From Deferribacterales bacterium (GTDB lineage: Bacteria > Chrysiogenota > Deferribacteres > Deferribacterales > Geovibrionaceae), in assembly GCA_050251875.1 (NCBI GenBank), contig JBFWMA010000001.1:369587-433586 (forward strand): 64,000 nucleotides of DNA. The letters are read 5' to 3'. Numbering within the stretch: the stretch's first letter is position 1; each line of letters starts with the position of its first letter. The notes under the pieces were generated by a model. That model did no database searches. It saw only the letters and a list, made by a program, of their open reading frames with translations, and was not told where the DNA came from. Shown here one piece after another: positions 29,101 through 39,441 of the stretch. Both the position numbers and the translations under genes were made by a program.

Positions 29101-32100
29101 CTCACTCGAAGCCATTCAGGCTCTCGGCGTTGGCGAAACTATGAAAGAGTATTTCGCCGTGATAGTCACAGACAACAACGGAGCGTCCACAACCAAGATA
29201 GTTGAAATCACTATCAAAGGTACAAACGACAAACCCGTTATCTACACCAGCGATTCCGACACCACAGGCGAGGTAACAGAAGACCACGCTAACCAGAGCG
29301 GAAAAATAATCACCACAGGCAACCTGTACTTCGGTGATGTAGATGTTAACGATACTCATACAGCGTCTGTAACATCCGGCAACCAGAGCAGCGCTCACAA
29401 CCTCGGATCACTTTCCGTAACAGTGAACAACACCTCTGACACCATCGCATGGAAATACACAGTTAACAACTCCGCCACACAGTATCTTGCTGAAGGCGAA
29501 GAAAAAACTGATACTTTCACCGTAAGGGTAAGCGATGGTAACGGCGGATACGCTTATGAAGAAGTAAAAGTAACTGTAGTCGGTACAAACGACTCACCCG
29601 ATATCAAAGAATGCGGATCAGATTTTATCGGATATGTGAAAGAGGACGCTTCCGATCCTCTCAAAGATTCCGGTATGATCCTGTTCAGCGATGTGGATAT
29701 AGCCGATTCTCACTCAGTGGATGTTACCGCTGTTAAAGACGGCAACGGAAATATCGTTAACCCCGCAGACTACAACGCGTTCATCAACGCTTTCAGCGCT
29801 TCTCTTGCCCACGATACAGGCAACAGCGGAAACGGCGGAAAAGTGTCATGGACATATAACCTCGACAACGATTCCGATGCTGTTCAGTCTCTTGCCAAAG
29901 GCGAGAAAGTCACTTACTCATTCCAGGTAGCCATCAGCGATGACAGCGGAGTGGCAGTGGCAGACAGCGACAGCGAAGCAAGCACAACATACAGATGGGT
30001 AACCATCACAATAGAAGGAACAAACGATGCTCCCGTAGCCAGAGCAGACTACAACTATGTATCTGAAGACGGCTATCAGGACGGCGTATATTCCGAAGGC
30101 GTACATCAGGTGGAAGGCAACGTTATCACAGGATATGATGACGGAGTATTCCAGTCAGGTTCACAGGATTCAGACGTTGACCACAACGCTGTTCTTTCAG
30201 TGAAAGACATAGCCGTGTCCGGTGACGACACAGTTGATCCCACACTGAACCCTGACGGCAGTATGACAATAGTAGGTCAGTACGGTACGCTGACAATCAA
30301 AGCTGACGGTTCCTACACATATGTTCTGGATGAGTCAAAAGCGGCTGGAATGCAGGACGGCGAATCCGCTGAAGACAAGTTCACATATACAGTATCCGAT
30401 CAGTACAACGCCACAGACACAGCCGAGCTCATTATCAATGTAGCTGGCGCTAACGATGGTCCTACCATCGGTGTGGACAGCGGCGTGACAATCTACAACG
30501 AAAGACCTATCGAAGCCGGATATCACAACGCCATCGGCGCATACTACTGGGACGCAGAGAGCGAATCCTATGTGGTTAAAGTGATTATGGCCGATATGCA
30601 GGATACTGCTCATGATGTAAGACTGGCTGGTTTTGACAACATGGAGCTCGCTGATCTGAAATTCTTCATAATCTCAGATACATCAGCTAGTGTTGACTAC
30701 ACAGACCCCAGCTACAACTTTACAATCGGCGCAGACGGCAGACTGTACTCCAACGGTACTCTCTTCACTGCTGACGATGTTATGTATTCAGATGAATCAC
30801 TGAACTCCGGCAGCTATGACTACTTCAAAAACATATCTATAGACGCTGACGGTACAGTTCATATCGGTGTGGAAGATATCCTTGGCGGCGGCGACCACGA
30901 CTTCGATGACGTAAGAATGTACGCTGTAGAGGACATCCCCGTATACACAGAGAACGAAGCTCCCGTTAATGTCGCAAACAACGCCTCCATAGGCGATGTG
31001 GACAGCGACAACATGAGCGGAATGTCTGTGACTCTGACAAACCTGATGGACGGAGACTTCCTGACAATAGGCGGAATGACATCCGGCGTTCTGGGCTCAG
31101 GAATAGCTTTCGATATCAGCGGAGACACAGTGACATTCTCCGGTGACGCTTCTAAAGCCGACTATGAAGCCGCTCTTAAAGCTCTTCAGTTCGGCAGCAC
31201 ATCCGAAGATCCCGACACATCAGACAGAGTGTTCTCTGTCACTGTTACAGACGATACAGGTCTCACCAGCGCTCCTGATACTTTCATAGTAAAAGTAGTG
31301 GCTGTTAACGATGCACCCGTTATCGATCTGGACGGAGACGGCAAAGTGGAAACTCTGCTGCTTCAGGAACACTTCGACAACATCACCAACATAACAGGCG
31401 GTTTTACTGTTGTTGGTAAAGACGGTACTCTGACAGGCAGTGACGGAGTTGAATGGACTCTGACAAATGCCGGTGTGGAAATCCAGCCCGATGGTACAGT
31501 GACAGACAGCTCTGACGGCGATGGATACATGGCGGAGCTCGATCCCCATGGCAACGGCAATACTCAGATGACAACAACTGTTAATCTTGTTGACGGCGCT
31601 GATTCATATGAACTGGAATTCAGCTATAAACCCAGACAGAATAGCGAATCCAGCGATATGTCAGTGAAATTCGGCGATGTGGAAGTCACTCTGCACCACG
31701 ATGGTTCATACACCGCTCCCGAAGGTCTGGAAGTCAGCATGGTAAAAGGCGCTGACGGCTGGTACACAGTATCAGTCAGCTATACAGGACTGACAGGAGC
31801 CACAGCCGACCTTACATTCGCCGGCGAAGGCGACTCCGATACCCTGGGCGCTCTGTTAGACGCCATTACACTGAAATCAGTGGAATCTGACGGTACCGGA
31901 TTTGAAACAACATTCACAGAAGACGGACCGGCGGTTGCCATATCCGACATCGACACTATCATAACAGACGTGGACGACACAGATATGGAGAGCGCTACTC
32001 TGACAATGACAAAAATAGACTCAGAAGACAGTCTGTTTGTCGCTAACGAAGCTCAGCTGGAAAGCCAGTACGGCGTAACCATCGAAGTTACAGATGAGAA

Positions 32101-35100
32101 CGGCGTTGTTACTGTAAGCATAGAAGGCACAGCTTCTAAAGCGGACTATCAGGAGATCATCGAATCTGTAAGATTTACAAACAGCTCAGATGACCCCAGC
32201 ACAACAGACAGAACAGTCAACGTTGTGGTAAATGACGGCGAGGCGAACAGCAACACAGCGGTAGCCACAATCCACGTTGTACCCGTTAACGATGATCCTA
32301 TCGCCGCTGACGACACATACACCATGAATGAAGACGGCACACTGACAATCACATCCGCTTATCTGCTCGGCAACGACACAGATGTAGACGGCGGACCTCT
32401 GTCAATCACAGGTGTGACAACACCTTCTTCAGGTACATTGGTTGATAACCACAACGGCACATGGACATTTACTCCCGCTGCTAATTTCAATGGAGAAGTG
32501 ACATTCGACTACTCAGTATCCGATGGTAAAGGCGGCACAGATGATGCCACAGTAACCATCACAGTTAACCCTGTGAACGATCCCGCAACATTCGGCGGCG
32601 ATGACACAGGCAGCGTGACTGAGGATACCGATGTTACACCCGGCGGATATATCACTACATCAGGCGACCTGACAGTCAGCGATATAGACAGCCCTGAAAC
32701 ATTCCAGAGCGGCAGCACAACAGGTTCATACGGCGGTACTCTGACAATAAACGAAAGCGGTCACTGGACATACTCCATTGACAACAGCAAAGCCGATGTT
32801 CAGAATCTGGACGATGGACAATCAATTCAGGAAACATTCACCGTTAAGTCAGAAGACGGCACTGCTCATACAGTGACAATCACAATTAACGGTCAGGATG
32901 AGGTATCCGTAGCCACCACAGCCGATGCGGCATCAGCCAGCGAAGGTTCTGTGAACATCGGCAGTGTTAACCTCATCTTTATGCTCGATCTCTCCGGCAG
33001 TATGGATTACAAAATCGACATGGACGGCGATGGATACACTTATGATGACAACACAACCCGTCTGATGCTGATGAAAGACGCTCTTTCCAAAATGCTGGGA
33101 ACATACGGCGATTCAGTGCAGTACATCAACGTTGTTACCTTCGCCAGCGGAGCAACAATATCCGGCTGGCTGAGCGTTAATGATGCCAAAACACTGATAG
33201 GCAATCTTGAGGCTGACGGCAGCACAAACTATGAAGCCGCGGTTGAAAAACTTGTAAGTTCGCTTACACCGGCTCCCGAGCCTGCTGACAACACATATGT
33301 GTACTTCCTGTCTGACGGAGACCCCACAGCGGGTAACCTGTCAAAAGCTGACTACGGCACTTACGGTTCATGGTCAGGTTTCCTGACTGCTCAAGGCGTA
33401 GACGAAGTATACGCTGTGGCTGTTGGTTCAGGCATAGGCACAAGCGGTAAGCGTAACCTTGCGGCTCTGACATTTGACGCTGACGGTCCTACAGACGACA
33501 ACCTGATAATCGTTACAAACGATTCAGATCTCACTATGCAGCTGAACAACACTGTTGAAACATTCAGCGCAGAAGGAAACGTTCTGGACAACGACACTCT
33601 GAACGGTGCGACTCTGCACGGAACAGACAGTCTGGATTCAGTGACATTCGGATCAACAACTTATGTGTTTGACGCAAGCCATACATCATATACCATTGAT
33701 CTGGGTGAAAACGGTTCCGTAACTATATATGCCAACGGCGACTACAAATTCACCGCAGGCAGCGACACAGCCGATGACTTATCATCAGTGCTCACATACA
33801 CATTCACTCACGATGGAGCAGCCTATTCAGATACGCTGACTCTGACAACAACAGATACCAGTGAAGTGTACGCATCTGACGATTATGCTCAGGCTCTGAT
33901 AACAACAACACACTCTGACCGTACAGTTGAGACTAACCTGAACAATGTGAACCTCAACCCCGCTTACGATGGCGGAGCTAAAACATCAGAACAGACATTC
34001 ACTGTTGCTGCCGGCGGAGTAGGCGAATATAAAGCGTATGTTGATCTTCAGAGCTATAGCAGCGGTGATGATGTGTTTAAATGGACTCTGCAGGTTAAGG
34101 TGAACGGACAGTGGGTAAATGTCAGCGTTGATAAAGAAATGACCGCAGACGGTTGGATTATTATCGATAGTCTGCAGCCCGGCGAGTACAAAATAACCTT
34201 CAGCGCAACAGACAACAGCTACTGGTACAACTATAAAGTCGCAATCAGCAACGTTAAGCTGACAACTGTGTATGAAGACTATTACTCAAATGTAGCAGCC
34301 GCTCTTGTAGCAGGCAACCTGCTGACCGACCTGAACGATTTCATCGGCACAGGCGATGTATACGGCACCGCAGACAATGCCGGATCAGAAGGCGCATCAC
34401 TGTATGTGCTGAATGACAATGGCGACTATGTTCAGGTTACAGACGGTATGGTTCTCCACGGAACATACGGCGACCTGACACTGAACGCTGACGGAAGCTA
34501 CTCATATCAGCCGGACGCTGACGCCGCTAACATCGGACAGCAGGAGGTATTCCAATACTCACTGCAGCAGCCGGATGGAGACTATGACACAGCAAGCCTT
34601 GTCATAGATATCAAAGGCAGTGCCTCAACCGTATCTCCCATTACTGATACCGATGGTGATCATATCATCACAGGTACAGCAGGCGATGACGTGATAATAG
34701 GCACAGAAGCCAGTGAAACAATCCACGCAGGCGCCGGTAACGACTACATCGATGGTCACGGCGGAAACGATACTATCTATGCCGGAGCCGGTAACGATAC
34801 AATCGTTTACCACGCAGGAGACACTATCGATGGTGGAACAGGACACGACACACTGCTTGTTACAGACAGCATAGACTTCTCAAATGTCCACAGCGTGTCT
34901 AATATCGAGGCGATCGATATGACAGGCGGAGACAGCGGAGTCAGCAACGTTACTCTGGATGTTCAGTCAGTTCTGGATATGACAGACGGCAACGAAACAG
35001 GCACACTTGTTCTCAGCGGTGACAACGGCGACACAGTCACTCTCAGCGGCGAATGGACACAGGTTGGCTCAACCAACGTCTATCAGTCCAGCGAGGGAGC

Positions 35101-35191
35101 TACTGTGGAGTTCAGCGGACATGTGAACACTGTCGATACTGACGCAGGCAAAATCGTCACATTTGACGATCAAGGTAACCCTTTAGGTTAA
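26126..35191 (+). CDS. lapA: Giant T1SS RTX adhesin (LapA/BpfA-like): retention module, VCBS/cadherin-like Ig repeats, vWA domain, RTX repeats
   Basis: No signal peptide; TAAG at aa 102-105; repeated GTNDxP modules; DLSGSM MIDAS; GAGNDxI nonapeptides; next to T1SS/lapDG. Confidence 0.93.
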   Translation: MSAIGIVKSIEGSATVHTADGLVKALMVGDSINLGDYIETSAGSNVVVALNNGKEINVGPASEVVFDESVMAPLADADSVDADSMQQALEKGEGLDQQDEETAAGEETAGVLNLSDYDLGDTSEGFVGSYLLGTQGEGVETPEGGARDGNTDPVALDDTVVLAEDGTIVIDVLANDTDADNDDLTIISFTQPSNGTLVLNDNGTFTYTPFGDYNGPDSFTYTISDGNGGTSTATVNITVTPVNDAPIATDNTGEATESGWEEAGANAMGNVITDDNGAGVDSDIDNPVSDLFVASVDGTAISGETAIAGLYGTLYISADGSYRYEIDNDNPDVQALNFEDRLSESFEYTLSDGDLTDTANLTININGTNDAPVAYGETNEVTLVEQGDIVYNEDGTATESYTEYSDTVSGNVLDNDTDIDNVDKSDSSYDGTNLELSVASLAFNGTDAEYDETSDSFTVEGKYGFLTINADGSYTYTLNNEDPDTQALKDGESAKEEFTYTVEDVYGAPSEAATLTINIQGTNDIPYVYGDNSATIQEDVNAQTINTHIGPFPYSYEVLTATGNLDIQDVDAGEDFFTPSSQNGQYGKFTMDSDGNWTYTVLNDDNITGLNPVQRLGAGESITETFTVYSQDGSQSEVVTVTILGTNDAPQVTGSSEHAYVKEDYHVNDGTLSDDGSFAFTDVDTHDVHTVTVTAVDAQGNPLAEGESNLGTLTASVVNDTTNDTLPVGLVDWDYDVDNSLYAIQSLAVGETIKEYYAVEVSDGNGGSTTKIVEVTIVGTNDKPVIYSSDSDTTGGVTEDTAVSHGKLTTTGDLYFGDIDASDTHTASVVSGNYPLQNLGSLSVSVDNATDTISWKYTVNNSYTQSLAEGQTKDETFVVRVSDGHGGFADQTVTVTITGTNDKPEVSSSKSYGSVQEDSHVHQGALDDSGSFSFSDVDSIDTHTVSVVAVDRFGNPLTSGSNLGTLTAEVDDDSTNDLLHRGEIDWDYTVNNSLEAIQALGVGETMKEYFAVIVTDNNGASTTKIVEITIKGTNDKPVIYTSDSDTTGEVTEDHANQSGKIITTGNLYFGDVDVNDTHTASVTSGNQSSAHNLGSLSVTVNNTSDTIAWKYTVNNSATQYLAEGEEKTDTFTVRVSDGNGGYAYEEVKVTVVGTNDSPDIKECGSDFIGYVKEDASDPLKDSGMILFSDVDIADSHSVDVTAVKDGNGNIVNPADYNAFINAFSASLAHDTGNSGNGGKVSWTYNLDNDSDAVQSLAKGEKVTYSFQVAISDDSGVAVADSDSEASTTYRWVTITIEGTNDAPVARADYNYVSEDGYQDGVYSEGVHQVEGNVITGYDDGVFQSGSQDSDVDHNAVLSVKDIAVSGDDTVDPTLNPDGSMTIVGQYGTLTIKADGSYTYVLDESKAAGMQDGESAEDKFTYTVSDQYNATDTAELIINVAGANDGPTIGVDSGVTIYNERPIEAGYHNAIGAYYWDAESESYVVKVIMADMQDTAHDVRLAGFDNMELADLKFFIISDTSASVDYTDPSYNFTIGADGRLYSNGTLFTADDVMYSDESLNSGSYDYFKNISIDADGTVHIGVEDILGGGDHDFDDVRMYAVEDIPVYTENEAPVNVANNASIGDVDSDNMSGMSVTLTNLMDGDFLTIGGMTSGVLGSGIAFDISGDTVTFSGDASKADYEAALKALQFGSTSEDPDTSDRVFSVTVTDDTGLTSAPDTFIVKVVAVNDAPVIDLDGDGKVETLLLQEHFDNITNITGGFTVVGKDGTLTGSDGVEWTLTNAGVEIQPDGTVTDSSDGDGYMAELDPHGNGNTQMTTTVNLVDGADSYELEFSYKPRQNSESSDMSVKFGDVEVTLHHDGSYTAPEGLEVSMVKGADGWYTVSVSYTGLTGATADLTFAGEGDSDTLGALLDAITLKSVESDGTGFETTFTEDGPAVAISDIDTIITDVDDTDMESATLTMTKIDSEDSLFVANEAQLESQYGVTIEVTDENGVVTVSIEGTASKADYQEIIESVRFTNSSDDPSTTDRTVNVVVNDGEANSNTAVATIHVVPVNDDPIAADDTYTMNEDGTLTITSAYLLGNDTDVDGGPLSITGVTTPSSGTLVDNHNGTWTFTPAANFNGEVTFDYSVSDGKGGTDDATVTITVNPVNDPATFGGDDTGSVTEDTDVTPGGYITTSGDLTVSDIDSPETFQSGSTTGSYGGTLTINESGHWTYSIDNSKADVQNLDDGQSIQETFTVKSEDGTAHTVTITINGQDEVSVATTADAASASEGSVNIGSVNLIFMLDLSGSMDYKIDMDGDGYTYDDNTTRLMLMKDALSKMLGTYGDSVQYINVVTFASGATISGWLSVNDAKTLIGNLEADGSTNYEAAVEKLVSSLTPAPEPADNTYVYFLSDGDPTAGNLSKADYGTYGSWSGFLTAQGVDEVYAVAVGSGIGTSGKRNLAALTFDADGPTDDNLIIVTNDSDLTMQLNNTVETFSAEGNVLDNDTLNGATLHGTDSLDSVTFGSTTYVFDASHTSYTIDLGENGSVTIYANGDYKFTAGSDTADDLSSVLTYTFTHDGAAYSDTLTLTTTDTSEVYASDDYAQALITTTHSDRTVETNLNNVNLNPAYDGGAKTSEQTFTVAAGGVGEYKAYVDLQSYSSGDDVFKWTLQVKVNGQWVNVSVDKEMTADGWIIIDSLQPGEYKITFSATDNSYWYNYKVAISNVKLTTVYEDYYSNVAAALVAGNLLTDLNDFIGTGDVYGTADNAGSEGASLYVLNDNGDYVQVTDGMVLHGTYGDLTLNADGSYSYQPDADAANIGQQEVFQYSLQQPDGDYDTASLVIDIKGSASTVSPITDTDGDHIITGTAGDDVIIGTEASETIHAGAGNDYIDGHGGNDTIYAGAGNDTIVYHAGDTIDGGTGHDTLLVTDSIDFSNVHSVSNIEAIDMTGGDSGVSNVTLDVQSVLDMTDGNETGTLVLSGDNGDTVTLSGEWTQVGSTNVYQSSEGATVEFSGHVNTVDTDAGKIVTFDDQGNPLG

Positions 35192-35220
35192 TTTTTTAAC
35201 CTTACTACATAACAAATGAG

Positions 35221-35250
35221 AGAGACCGCCCCTTATGGGGCGGTTTTTCT
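35221..35250 (+). terminator. Intrinsic terminator of the adhesin gene
   Basis: ACCGCCCC/GGGGCGGT plus T-run. Confidence 0.8.
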
Positions 35251-35304
35251 TTGTATTGTTATGTAACTGAATCTGGAATCAAATTTATAATTATATGTGA
35301 GGAT

Positions 35305-35337
35305 AAAAAAAGGCGGGGATTTTTTCCCCGCCTTTTT
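35305..35337 (-). terminator. Intrinsic terminator of the T1SS/lap operon (bidirectional form)
   Basis: A7-GGCGGGG/CCCCGCC-T5. Confidence 0.8.
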
Positions 35338-35355
35338 AATTTATGAAAGAATAAA

Positions 35356-35955
35356 CTAAACTTTGAACTTGAGAGCCAGAGCCAGTCTGTCTCTTAACCC
35401 GGTCTTCATGAAGATGGACGAAAGATGCGCTTTCACTGTGCGCACCGTGATATCCAGAGCATCGGATATCTCCTGATTTGATCTTCCTTTAGCTATCAGC
35501 TCCGCAACCTCCGCCTCTCTCTCGCTTAGATTATACAGAGTGGCGTATGAGACGGACTGTCCGCCTTTTTCATCTTTCGCCTCCTCTTTCGGGAGAGCGT
35601 TTATCAGACGTGTGAGTATCTCCGGCGGCATCCATATCTGGTTCGCCATCACTGTGCTGACTACATGCTGAAGGTTAGACGGGTGCATCATCCTGTTGCC
35701 GTATCCCTTCGCACCCAGTCTGAGCATATGCACCGCCTCCTCAAACTTAGGAACGGAAGACAGAATAACTATAGGGCATGTTATCGCTTTGACATCTGTC
35801 GGCGGCAGATATTTAAGGTCAAGTATGACAACATCTTCCTGTGTAAGTGGTTTTCCCAGCTCGTCCAGCTTCCGCACCGACATGAATGACCCTTTGTCGA
35901 ATGCCTCAGCGCACGAATTGCAGAAAAAGGTATCGCAACTGACTACAATAATCAT
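35356..35955 (-). CDS. LuxR/NarL-family regulator (REC-like plus HTH)
   Basis: LSEREAEVAELIAKGRSNQEIS...TVKAH HTH; last gene of the T1SS operon. Confidence 0.92.
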   Translation of the reverse strand: MIIVVSCDTFFCNSCAEAFDKGSFMSVRKLDELGKPLTQEDVVILDLKYLPPTDVKAITCPIVILSSVPKFEEAVHMLRLGAKGYGNRMMHPSNLQHVVSTVMANQIWMPPEILTRLINALPKEEAKDEKGGQSVSYATLYNLSEREAEVAELIAKGRSNQEISDALDITVRTVKAHLSSIFMKTGLRDRLALALKFKV

Positions 35956-37295
35956 TATCTCTCCCTCAGAGCGTTATATTTCGCCCTTAATATGGGTTTC
36001 AACAGATACTGCATTATAGTTTTCTTTCCGGTCACAATATCCGCCATGACGGTCATTCCCACCATGATATCTTTCTTGTTATCTTCGGTACCGATGTATG
36101 TTTTGTCTGTTTTTATGTGTACGAGGTAATAGCTCTCTTTCTTCTGTTCGTCCTCTATGGTGTCGGCGCTGATGTGGGTCACGACCCCTGTCACGCCTCC
36201 GTATATTGCAAAGTCATATGCTGTTACTTTAATTATAGCCTCCTGACCGGGATAAATGAACGCAATGTCAGAAGGTTTTATCTTTGCCTCGATCAGAAGC
36301 GTATCCTCTCCGGGAACTACTTCCATAATGTCCATACCGGGCTTAACAACACCGCCGATGGTGTTCACCATAAGCCTCTTCACTGTGCCGTCCACGGGGG
36401 ATCGAACCTGTGTTCTGTTCACCCTGTCCTGAAGAGCTACCTGTGTGGCAGATGTTCTGTTGAACTCCGCCAGCGCCTGGCTGAGCTGGTCCTGCGCGTC
36501 ACTGCGGAACTTTGTGGCGGACTCGTTCAGCATGTTTCTGGCTTCCACAATCTTAGACTGGGCTGAGTTCATCATGTTGATCGTTGATTCTATATCGTTC
36601 TGGTTGTCCAGCAGTTTCTGTTTGATCTGAAGATACTCCACCTCGGATACCAGCCCCTTTTCATACAGAGGTTTTGTGAGGTTCATCTCTCTCTGGATCA
36701 GTTCTTTGGCGCTTTTCAGGTTTTTTATCCTGTTCTGAGCATCGTTCAGCTCCACCTGCTTCTGTCTGAGCCTTTCACGGAGAACGTCCTGCTCGTTGGT
36801 TATCCTCAGCTTATTGATATTATAGAGGTTCATTTCTGAGCTTGTCAGGTTGGGAAAATCCTTCATCAGCTCTTCGTCCATGTGAATGGGCTGACCGGAG
36901 GCCTCCGCCTGAAGACGGGCTATGCGCACTTTCAGCTCATAATATTTCGAACGTCCTTCGTTAAAAGAACTGCCGAAACCAGTGTCGTCTATCTCCAGCA
37001 GAACCTGTCCTTTCTTCACCTTGTCGCCTTCCTTCACATGCAGCTTGTTGACTATACCGCCCTCAAGGTTCTGAATGATCTGTATCTGGCTGGATGGAAT
37101 TACCTTTCCCTGTCCTCTGGTGAGTTCGTCCACATAGGTGAAGTTAGCCCAGATGAGGAACACGACTATCAGCGCCCCGATGATGTAAAGCAGCATGACT
37201 GTTTTCGCAGGGGATTTTTGCAGAATAGCCGCATTAAGGCTGTTCATGAACTCTATATCAGCATCGCTTATCTTGTTTTTTCTTTTTTCCATCAT
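35955..37295 (-). CDS. lapC: T1SS membrane fusion protein (HlyD family)
   Basis: IQNLEGGIV, RSPVDG, GMTVMADIVTG, YLLKP. Confidence 0.93.
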   Translation of the reverse strand: MMEKRKNKISDADIEFMNSLNAAILQKSPAKTVMLLYIIGALIVVFLIWANFTYVDELTRGQGKVIPSSQIQIIQNLEGGIVNKLHVKEGDKVKKGQVLLEIDDTGFGSSFNEGRSKYYELKVRIARLQAEASGQPIHMDEELMKDFPNLTSSEMNLYNINKLRITNEQDVLRERLRQKQVELNDAQNRIKNLKSAKELIQREMNLTKPLYEKGLVSEVEYLQIKQKLLDNQNDIESTINMMNSAQSKIVEARNMLNESATKFRSDAQDQLSQALAEFNRTSATQVALQDRVNRTQVRSPVDGTVKRLMVNTIGGVVKPGMDIMEVVPGEDTLLIEAKIKPSDIAFIYPGQEAIIKVTAYDFAIYGGVTGVVTHISADTIEDEQKKESYYLVHIKTDKTYIGTEDNKKDIMVGMTVMADIVTGKKTIMQYLLKPILRAKYNALRER

Positions 37296-39439
37296 TTACG
37301 GCTGCCTCCTCCGAGCTTATTGAGGATCTCGTCTTTCGGACCGTCCATAACGACAGTTCCGTTGTCCATCACGATCAGTCTGTCCACTATGGACAGGATG
37401 GACGGTTTGTGGGTGATGACGATGGTGGTCTTTCCTTTGGTCGCCTCGTTGAGGTTGTTGATGACGGTGGTCTCTGTGGTGTGGTCCATGGAGTTGGTGG
37501 GCTCGTCCATCACTATGATGGGGCTGTCCATCAGCATGGCTCTGGAAACAGCGACAGACTGTCTCTGACCGCCGGAAAGGTTCGCTCCTTTTTCTCCCAC
37601 GAAAAAGTCGAGACCGGCAGGGTGTTTGTCGGTGAAAGAGATAACATTGCCTATCTGCGCCGCGCGGATGATGGCTGCATCGTCACTGGCGGGCGATTTG
37701 AATATTATGTTGTCACGGACAGAACCGGAGAACAGTGTCACGTCCTGCGGAACATATCCGATGTTGTGGCGGAGATCCGCCGGGTCTATCTGTTTCACGG
37801 CTATGCCGTCTATGAATATGCTGCCCTCGTCAGCGTCATACAGTCCGAGGATCAGCTTGCTCAGCGTTGATTTACCCGAGCCAACCGCGCCGATGATTCC
37901 CACCCGCTCCTGCGGCTTTATCTTGAATGTGACATTATGCAGAGCGGTCTTGGGTTCGTCCGGATAGCTGAAGCTGACGTCTTTGAACTCGATAGCGCCC
38001 TGAAAAACAGGGCGGCGGAGAAAGCCTTTTTTCTCAGGTCTTTCGACATCTTTCGCCATGAGCCCGTTCAGCTCTGTGAGAGATGTTTTCATCTGCTCAT
38101 AGTTAGAGAGCAGAGAAGCGACCTGTGTCATGGGCGATATGGTTCTGGAAGACAGAATTACGGAGGCGATCAGCGCACCCATAGTGATGTCTCCCGCCTT
38201 TATCAGGTAAACGCCGAAAACGACAATCGCCACGGTGGTTATCTGGGTCAGAAGCCCCGCAACGGATGTCAGCGAGCTGGAGAGCATTCTGGATTTTATG
38301 CTTTTGTTGGCTATGTCCCCTGTGCTCTCTTCCCAGTGCCACTGTATGTAGCTGTTGGCGTTGAAAGATTTTATGGTTTCAAGGTTAGACAGCGCCTCGA
38401 TGAGGATACCGTTTCTCTTGGCGGATGACTGATATGTGCTTTCGATGCTCCTCTGGATCGGTTTTCTGACCACAAGGCTGTATCCGACTATCAGCATGAT
38501 GGTGAAGAGGGGGATAACAACCAGCCATGTGCCGATGTATGCTATTACTACCAGAAAGATAACAACAAAAGGAAGCTCTATGAAAGCAGTGATGGCGCTG
38601 GAGGCGTAGAATGACCGGATGCTGTCGAAGTCTCTGATGTTGTTGGCGAACGAGCCGACAGATCTGGGTCTCTCTTTCATGCGTATGTTGAGCGCCTGCT
38701 CGAATATTTTGGATGAAAGGATGATATCGCTCTTCTTGGCGGCGATCTCCAGGAAATATGTTCGTATATATTTGATAATAATATCGAATATATACACGGT
38801 GCAGACACCGATAGCCAGAACCCACAGGGTGTCCACGGCGTTGTGGGGGATTACCCTGTCGTAAACGTTCATGGTGAAGAGGGGGCTGACGGTGACAAAA
38901 AGGTTGATGAGGAAAGAGGCGATAAAAACGTTGATATAGAGATCCTTGAACCTCCACAGAGTTCCGAAGAACCAGTGTGATTTATCCTCCTCCTCGCCTT
39001 CGTGGTCGGGGCTGTCCTGTTTATACAGGCGCTTCAGAAAGAAGCTGAAACCCAGATATTCTTCCTGAAGTTTATCAATAGCTATCTCCTGTGGCTCTTC
39101 GTCCACCCCGGGGATTACTATTTCCGCCACATTCTCTTTGACATCCATCTGGGTCAGAACGCACGCTCCGCCGTCCTTCAGCAGAAGGATGACCGGCAGA
39201 ACCAGATTGGGAATATCTGTGAGCTCTCTTTTTACCAGACTGGAGTTGAAGCCGGCTCTGTTGGCGGCTCTGGAAAAGTTAGATTTCGCGCCGTCAATGG
39301 TGAAGAGGTGCTGTTCCCTCTTCTGCGGGTCCATAGGAAGACCGTATGCCAGAGCCTCGGCGCTGGCGGGCTTATTATTAAGTTTGGTCAGGATGACCAG
39401 ACACTGCATTAATGGGTCGATGGAAATGGTTCTGTTCAT
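37292..39439 (-). CDS. lapB: T1SS ABC transporter (C39-like, TMD, NBD)
   Basis: MNVYDRVIP, GAVGSGKST, LSGGQRQ, MDEPT. Confidence 0.93.
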   Translation of the reverse strand: MNRTISIDPLMQCLVILTKLNNKPASAEALAYGLPMDPQKREQHLFTIDGAKSNFSRAANRAGFNSSLVKRELTDIPNLVLPVILLLKDGGACVLTQMDVKENVAEIVIPGVDEEPQEIAIDKLQEEYLGFSFFLKRLYKQDSPDHEGEEEDKSHWFFGTLWRFKDLYINVFIASFLINLFVTVSPLFTMNVYDRVIPHNAVDTLWVLAIGVCTVYIFDIIIKYIRTYFLEIAAKKSDIILSSKIFEQALNIRMKERPRSVGSFANNIRDFDSIRSFYASSAITAFIELPFVVIFLVVIAYIGTWLVVIPLFTIMLIVGYSLVVRKPIQRSIESTYQSSAKRNGILIEALSNLETIKSFNANSYIQWHWEESTGDIANKSIKSRMLSSSLTSVAGLLTQITTVAIVVFGVYLIKAGDITMGALIASVILSSRTISPMTQVASLLSNYEQMKTSLTELNGLMAKDVERPEKKGFLRRPVFQGAIEFKDVSFSYPDEPKTALHNVTFKIKPQERVGIIGAVGSGKSTLSKLILGLYDADEGSIFIDGIAVKQIDPADLRHNIGYVPQDVTLFSGSVRDNIIFKSPASDDAAIIRAAQIGNVISFTDKHPAGLDFFVGEKGANLSGGQRQSVAVSRAMLMDSPIIVMDEPTNSMDHTTETTVINNLNEATKGKTTIVITHKPSILSIVDRLIVMDNGTVVMDGPKDEILNKLGGGSRK

Positions 39440-39441
39440 AG

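Noticed and set aside
35356..35955. VpsT-like c-di-GMP-binding LuxR
   Set aside because: The equivalent position reads WMPP, not W[F/L/M][T/S]R.
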